DNA of 62,465 bases, counting the filler. It is 13 parts of 13 records of this genome, joined end to end, with 100 filler letters (N's around TTAATTAATTAA, not from the genome) between each part and the next. Parts side by side here need not be neighbours in the genome. Positions count along the whole stretch, not along the records: positions 55,450 to 58,843 come from SRR7504441_5453; positions 58,944 to 62,465 come from SRR7504441_5462; 11 more parts are not named here. One strand, given 5' to 3'. The position numbers and the translations under genes are program-made. Shown here in pieces: positions 58,253 to 62,465 of the stretch; the stretch's first letter is position 1, and every line of letters starts with the position of its first letter. A model generated the notes under the pieces. That model did no database searches. It saw only the letters and a list, made by a program, of their open reading frames with translations, and was not told the origin of the DNA.

Positions 58253-58843
58253 ATAAAAAACATTGCAAATATTCTTGTGCAAATCAAAATACGGAACTAA
58301 AATACATTGGCTCTAAGTGAGTAGTACTAGAGGGCGGCCGAAGTACGAGCTCGCGTCCATTGATTGTGACCCAGGTCACCTAACATTACGTATTAATTAA
58401 AAGCTTGTCATCCAGAGACTTGTCACGTCTGGTCGGCTGCAACAGCCACCCACCCACCTGGCTATTTGCGCGGCTGGTGGATCCTATGAACCTGCCGGTT
58501 CCGACTGAGCCGTTACTGGGGCAGCAAACCCCGACCTGAGCCCGGGGCCTCCGAACAGTTCGGCCCGGTAGCGCTCTCTTGGGCCGGCGGGGGCTTGGCA
58601 GACGTGTGACCGGCTCCGGGACTGTCAGCAGTTATGGATAACCGGTATATGGGCGATCACCCTCTTCAACCATGACAAACCCGTCCTCGACCAGTCCGGT
58701 GAGACTCGCGGACCTCCGACTGAACCGACTCACCGGCCTGGGGCGGCGGAGACGCACCGGCGGCGGCCAGCAACAAATCGGGCGGGCTCCAGGAGAACCA
58801 TAGGGGCGTGCGGCAGCTCGATTAGCGTCCAGTCTTCCTGCAC

Positions 58844-58943
58844 NNNNNNNNNNNNNNNNNNNNNNNNNNNNNNNNNNNNNNNNNNNNTTAATTAATTAAN
58901 NNNNNNNNNNNNNNNNNNNNNNNNNNNNNNNNNNNNNNNNNNN
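58844..58943. other. Artificial contig spacer
   Basis: Same linker. Confidence 0.98.
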
Positions 58944-59066
58944 GGTTTGTCGTAGGTCTGCGACGCCATTTTAACGGAATCGCCTCTTTTTTTAATCGCA
59001 CGCTAGTTCAATGTTTTGCGATCGTGCTCACCAGCCTAGCCTATCGAGCGCCCCACGACAGTTGCG

Positions 59067-60330
59067 TCACGTCATAGGGAGTGGAGCGGCCGCAGCAGCA
59101 TCCCGAGCACCTCTGCCTTGCTCTTGAACGGCTTCGGGCTCAGTAGGTTGAGTCTTTTGCCGTGCCTGCCCCCAACACCTCAAAATCACAACCAATTCCT
59201 GATATTCGCACTTTTCGTACAGAAAGTTGGCAAAGTCGTTTAGCTGCTTCGGGTCGACCTTGGCCTCGTCGTGGTCTTTAGCCACGCCCGGTAGCAGCGC
59301 CACCAGCTCCCGCACCAGCCCGGCCGCCGACTCACCTGATCGCTGCCCGAGTGCTTCGGCGATCCGGAGCTGTTTAGCCGTCGTGACGTCCTCGTGGTGC
59401 GCAAGCACGCGGGCACACAGCACCTGGCCGGCTCAGACCGCCCAGGAGCAGGCGCACCCCGGAGCACGAGCCTTGATGGACGTTATACCTCGCCGAGTAG
59501 TGATTTGCCAACAGGTGTCCAAGAGCAGGGTAGCACCCAGTGTTGAGCGCACGGATGGCAAGCCAACCGCCTATGTAGAGCTTGATCTGGGCATCGTAGC
59601 ACTCGGGATCGCTCAGCATCCGGCGCAGCCCGGACGCCACCATCTCTAGTCCTCGCAAGGCTTGCCCCTCGATCTGAGTGTTCGCCTGTGGATGGGTCAC
59701 AGCTCCCACAGCGTGCTCCACGCAGCGCAGCCCGGTACCGAACCGCACCCAGTCGGGCAGCCCGGCTGCAAGCGCCGGGTCAAAGACAACAGCAGTTGGC
59801 ATCAGCGCCGGGTGCGCCGCGCCGCTCTTTACGTTATTCGTCAAGGTGATCCCGGCCACAGAAGTCAGCTCGGCCATGGCGAAGGAGTTTGGCAGGGCAA
59901 TCTGTGGCGGGAGTGGCGGCATCGGGTCGCGCCGGGCGGCTGCAAGGATGCCTTCGACCGATGACGACTGTCCGTCCGCTGCCGACAGCCACAGCCTGAT
60001 CAGCTTGCCTGCGTCCTGGACCGCCCCGCCCCCCACCGTCAGCACGCAGTCGGAGTGGCCGCCGGCCGCGGCATCGCACGCGTGGAGCAGGCCAGTCTCG
60101 CCCCCACCCATCCCGATCGAAGAGCACAGCGGAGCTGCGAGCAGCGCCCGGTCCTGCAGAGCTTGGACCAACGGCCCAGCCCTGCCCACGGAGCTCCTGT
60201 TGGCCAGGACGAACACGCGGCTGGCCGACAGTCTGGACACCTCCTGCAGCGCCGCCTCCACGAACGGCTCGCCCACCCGCACCGAGCTCATCCCCGGAGG
60301 CAGGGGACCCTTGATCAAAGCTGTCCGCAT
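59067..60330 (-). CDS. Iron-containing alcohol dehydrogenase / maleylacetate reductase-like protein
   Basis: VGGGAVQDAGK, LPNSFAMAE, PTAVVFDPAL, TGLRCVEHAV, LGHLL, VHQG; one GT-AG intron near 59424-59457. Confidence 0.8.
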
Positions 60331-60391
60331 GGCGCTGCAGCCGTTATGAACTACAACGGCTTTGCACGGGACGCGGGACGCGGGGCAAAAG

Positions 60392-62347
60392 ATGACAGAC
60401 GAGCCGGTGCCGCCGGCGGTGCCGCGGGAGCGGTGGCAGCCGGACCGGGACGCCCCGAGCTGCTCGAGCTGCCGGGCCGCCTTCAGCTTACTCCGGCGCA
60501 AGCACCACTGCCGGCACTGCGGGCTGGTGTTCTGCCATCCGTGCAGCACCCAGCAGGCCCTGATGCGCCCCGGGCCCGACCGACGGCCGGAGTACCTGCG
60601 CGTGTGCGACGCCTGCAGGATGCTCACCTGCCCCGACGTGGCTCGCACCACGGTGCGCCCCCTGGGCCCGGCACGGCCCGACCCCCGGGGCAGTGCCGGC
60701 TATCCACTGAGCTCTCGCTCCCCGAAGGGTCGCTGGCCGTCCGTTGGGACTACGGGCTGGTCGATCACCTGCTCGGGCGGGCGCCAGTCGGGCTGTTGGA
60801 GGTGTGGCTGGTCAAGGCCTCTGGGCTCCCCGTGGCCGACCTGGACGGCTCGTCCGACCCGTTTGTGCGGGTTACACTCTCGGGGGTGGGCAGCCACGGC
60901 CAGGAATGGCCAGCCCCGATGCGGCAGCGGCGTTACTCTGCCACGCTGCACGGGACGTTGGAGCCTGAGTGGCAGGAGGTCCGGTGCAGGGCAGAGCGGC
61001 GTGAGGCGGTGTAGGTGCTGACGTTCGAGGTGCCGCGGGCCGGGGCCGAGGTGCACTGCACCGTGTGGGATCATGATAGGCTCTCGCATCACGACCTGCT
61101 CGGCCGGAGTCAGTTCTGTCTGTCTCAAGTTCCAGCGGATGGAAAGTGGCACCAGGCTTGTCGGCCTGGTCGTACGGGCTGAACGGGTGCAGCTGGTCTC
61201 TTGGCTGACACACCCAGATAGCCCCGGGCCAGGCAAACACGGCGTGCTGACTCTGCGCGTGCGCTACAGGCGCTCTTCCTTGCCCTGGACCGGCCGAGCT
61301 GGATGCAGGTGCTGCGTGCCCGCGGAGATTGTCTCGTACAGCTGGTCGGAAGATTGGGCGTTGTATGAGTACCCTGAGTTTGATTTGGACGCATTCTACT
61401 CGGCTGGTTGGTCCCAGCACAGTCTAAGCGAGAGGGGCCGGCAGTTACTGCATTTGTAAAGGAGCTCCGACCTGTGTTAAGCATCGTCCGCCGGGTCTCC
61501 GCGGTGGCTTAGCCAGTCAGTCCGAGCCCTCACTCCTTTACTGCAGACGGTGCGATGGGTTCGGCCTGTCCATTCTGGGCTGGTGCTGTCTGTGCTGCTG
61601 ATCGCTTGCTGGCAAGCCAGCGCCTGGTGCCTGGTGCCTCAGCCCCACGCTTGGTCCCGACATTAATGGCAGGCCGTTCTGCTCCACCTGTGGCTGCTCC
61701 TGCAGTCAGCCCACAACCACAGCAGCAGCCGACACACGCACGCCGTAGAGTCGGAGGAGGAGCAGCTCGGCCGGTTCGGCTCGGTACTTAACAGCGTCGG
61801 CCGTGCTGCTCTAAGCGCCGAGCACAGCGAGGCAGTCTGCTGCCACTGGCTGGCTGAGCCGAGTCTGGCAGAGTGCACGGGCGCTGCAGTACGGGCTGTT
61901 GGCTGTGGCGGGCCAGCTAGAGATGGTCGGGTCTGTGTTCGACTGGACTGGTGAGGCACCAACTGGCCGGCTGTGACGGGTATGCTAGGAGGTGGAGCGG
62001 TCGCGATGGTCGTCACTGGGGGTGTAGCAGTCAGCTTGGCCATCACGCTGGTTTGGGGCTCGGTCAGGCCGACCGCGGGGCTGGTGGTGGTGGCGGTCTT
62101 CTATCAAGGCTTTGCACGGCTCTATCAAAAGCTGAGCGCGGCCACCGATCTGGCCAGGCTCCGATGGCGGCAGGGCTGCCTGTGCCAGACCAGTGGACCG
62201 CCATTAGGTGCTGACCAGCAAGCCCGATTCGAGGCAGCAGCACGGGCGGTGCATGATGGCCACTCGTGGGATGAAGCTAGCTATGCGAGCTGGTCGATGC
62301 TCCGGAAGGAGAGAGAAAGCCGATGTACAGCTTGCGTGATCGCGTGA
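60392..62347 (+). CDS. FYVE + C2 + membrane-anchor protein (MCTP-like C-terminus)
   Basis: WQPD..C..C..FSLLRRKHHCRHCG..C..CS..RVCDAC; C2 KASGL..ADLDGSSDPFV..TLEPEW..VWDHD; hydrophobic C-terminal segments; internal exons only partly resolved. Confidence 0.8.
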
Positions 62348-62465
62348 TAATGTGACGAGACGAAGATTGCCTTTTGGCGTCGGAATTGAATTAAGATTAG
62401 TTACATGTAACTGTTTACGAGTACTCGTACCGTACTTATGGCCAAATTTTAGCCTAAATTCCTTC

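Noticed and set aside
58330..58843. Structured ncRNA or extra gene at the contig end
   Set aside because: No recognisable RNA family. It may be the 3' end of a minus-strand gene but cannot be supported.

Overview
This window is not one continuous locus. It is 13 short contigs (about 3-7 kb each) joined by 12 identical artificial 100-nt spacers (44 N + TTAATTAATTAA + 44 N), so neighbourhood only means something within a contig. The DNA is from a gene-dense, GC-rich microbial eukaryote, probably a flagellate because CCDC61/VFL3 is present; I cannot assign a taxon. I reconstructed about 42 genes by hand. Most are split by very short spliceosomal introns (33-50 nt among those I measured), so the ORF track fragments them. 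Recognisable genes include NAA25/MDM20, CCDC61, PEX22, a longin VAMP, alanine aminotransferase, PP2C, DGAT2, an ABCC/MRP transporter, an amino acid transporter, a TRIM-type RING-B-box protein, pectin methylesterase, a GH5 glucanase, a multicopper oxidase and a heme peroxidase. I saw no rRNA, tRNA, CRISPR or intact mobile element. Three genome-architecture signals stand out: (1) frequent GC-AG micro-introns with weak donors; (2) head-to-head gene pairs whose start codons are only 35-170 bp apart; (3) a palindrome, TACATGTA, seen only in AT-rich spacers downstream of gene 3' ends. The most unusual proteins are an adenylation-thiolation-ankyrin NRPS-like enzyme, an intron-containing myxobacterial-type ferritin-like domain fused to a UVR motif, a secreted IGFBP-like cysteine motif hidden across micro-introns, and an uncleavable ubiquitin-UBA-like-thioredoxin-like fusion. 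I found no multi-gene system that can be demonstrated from the sequence alone. All family calls come from motif recognition, not database searches.
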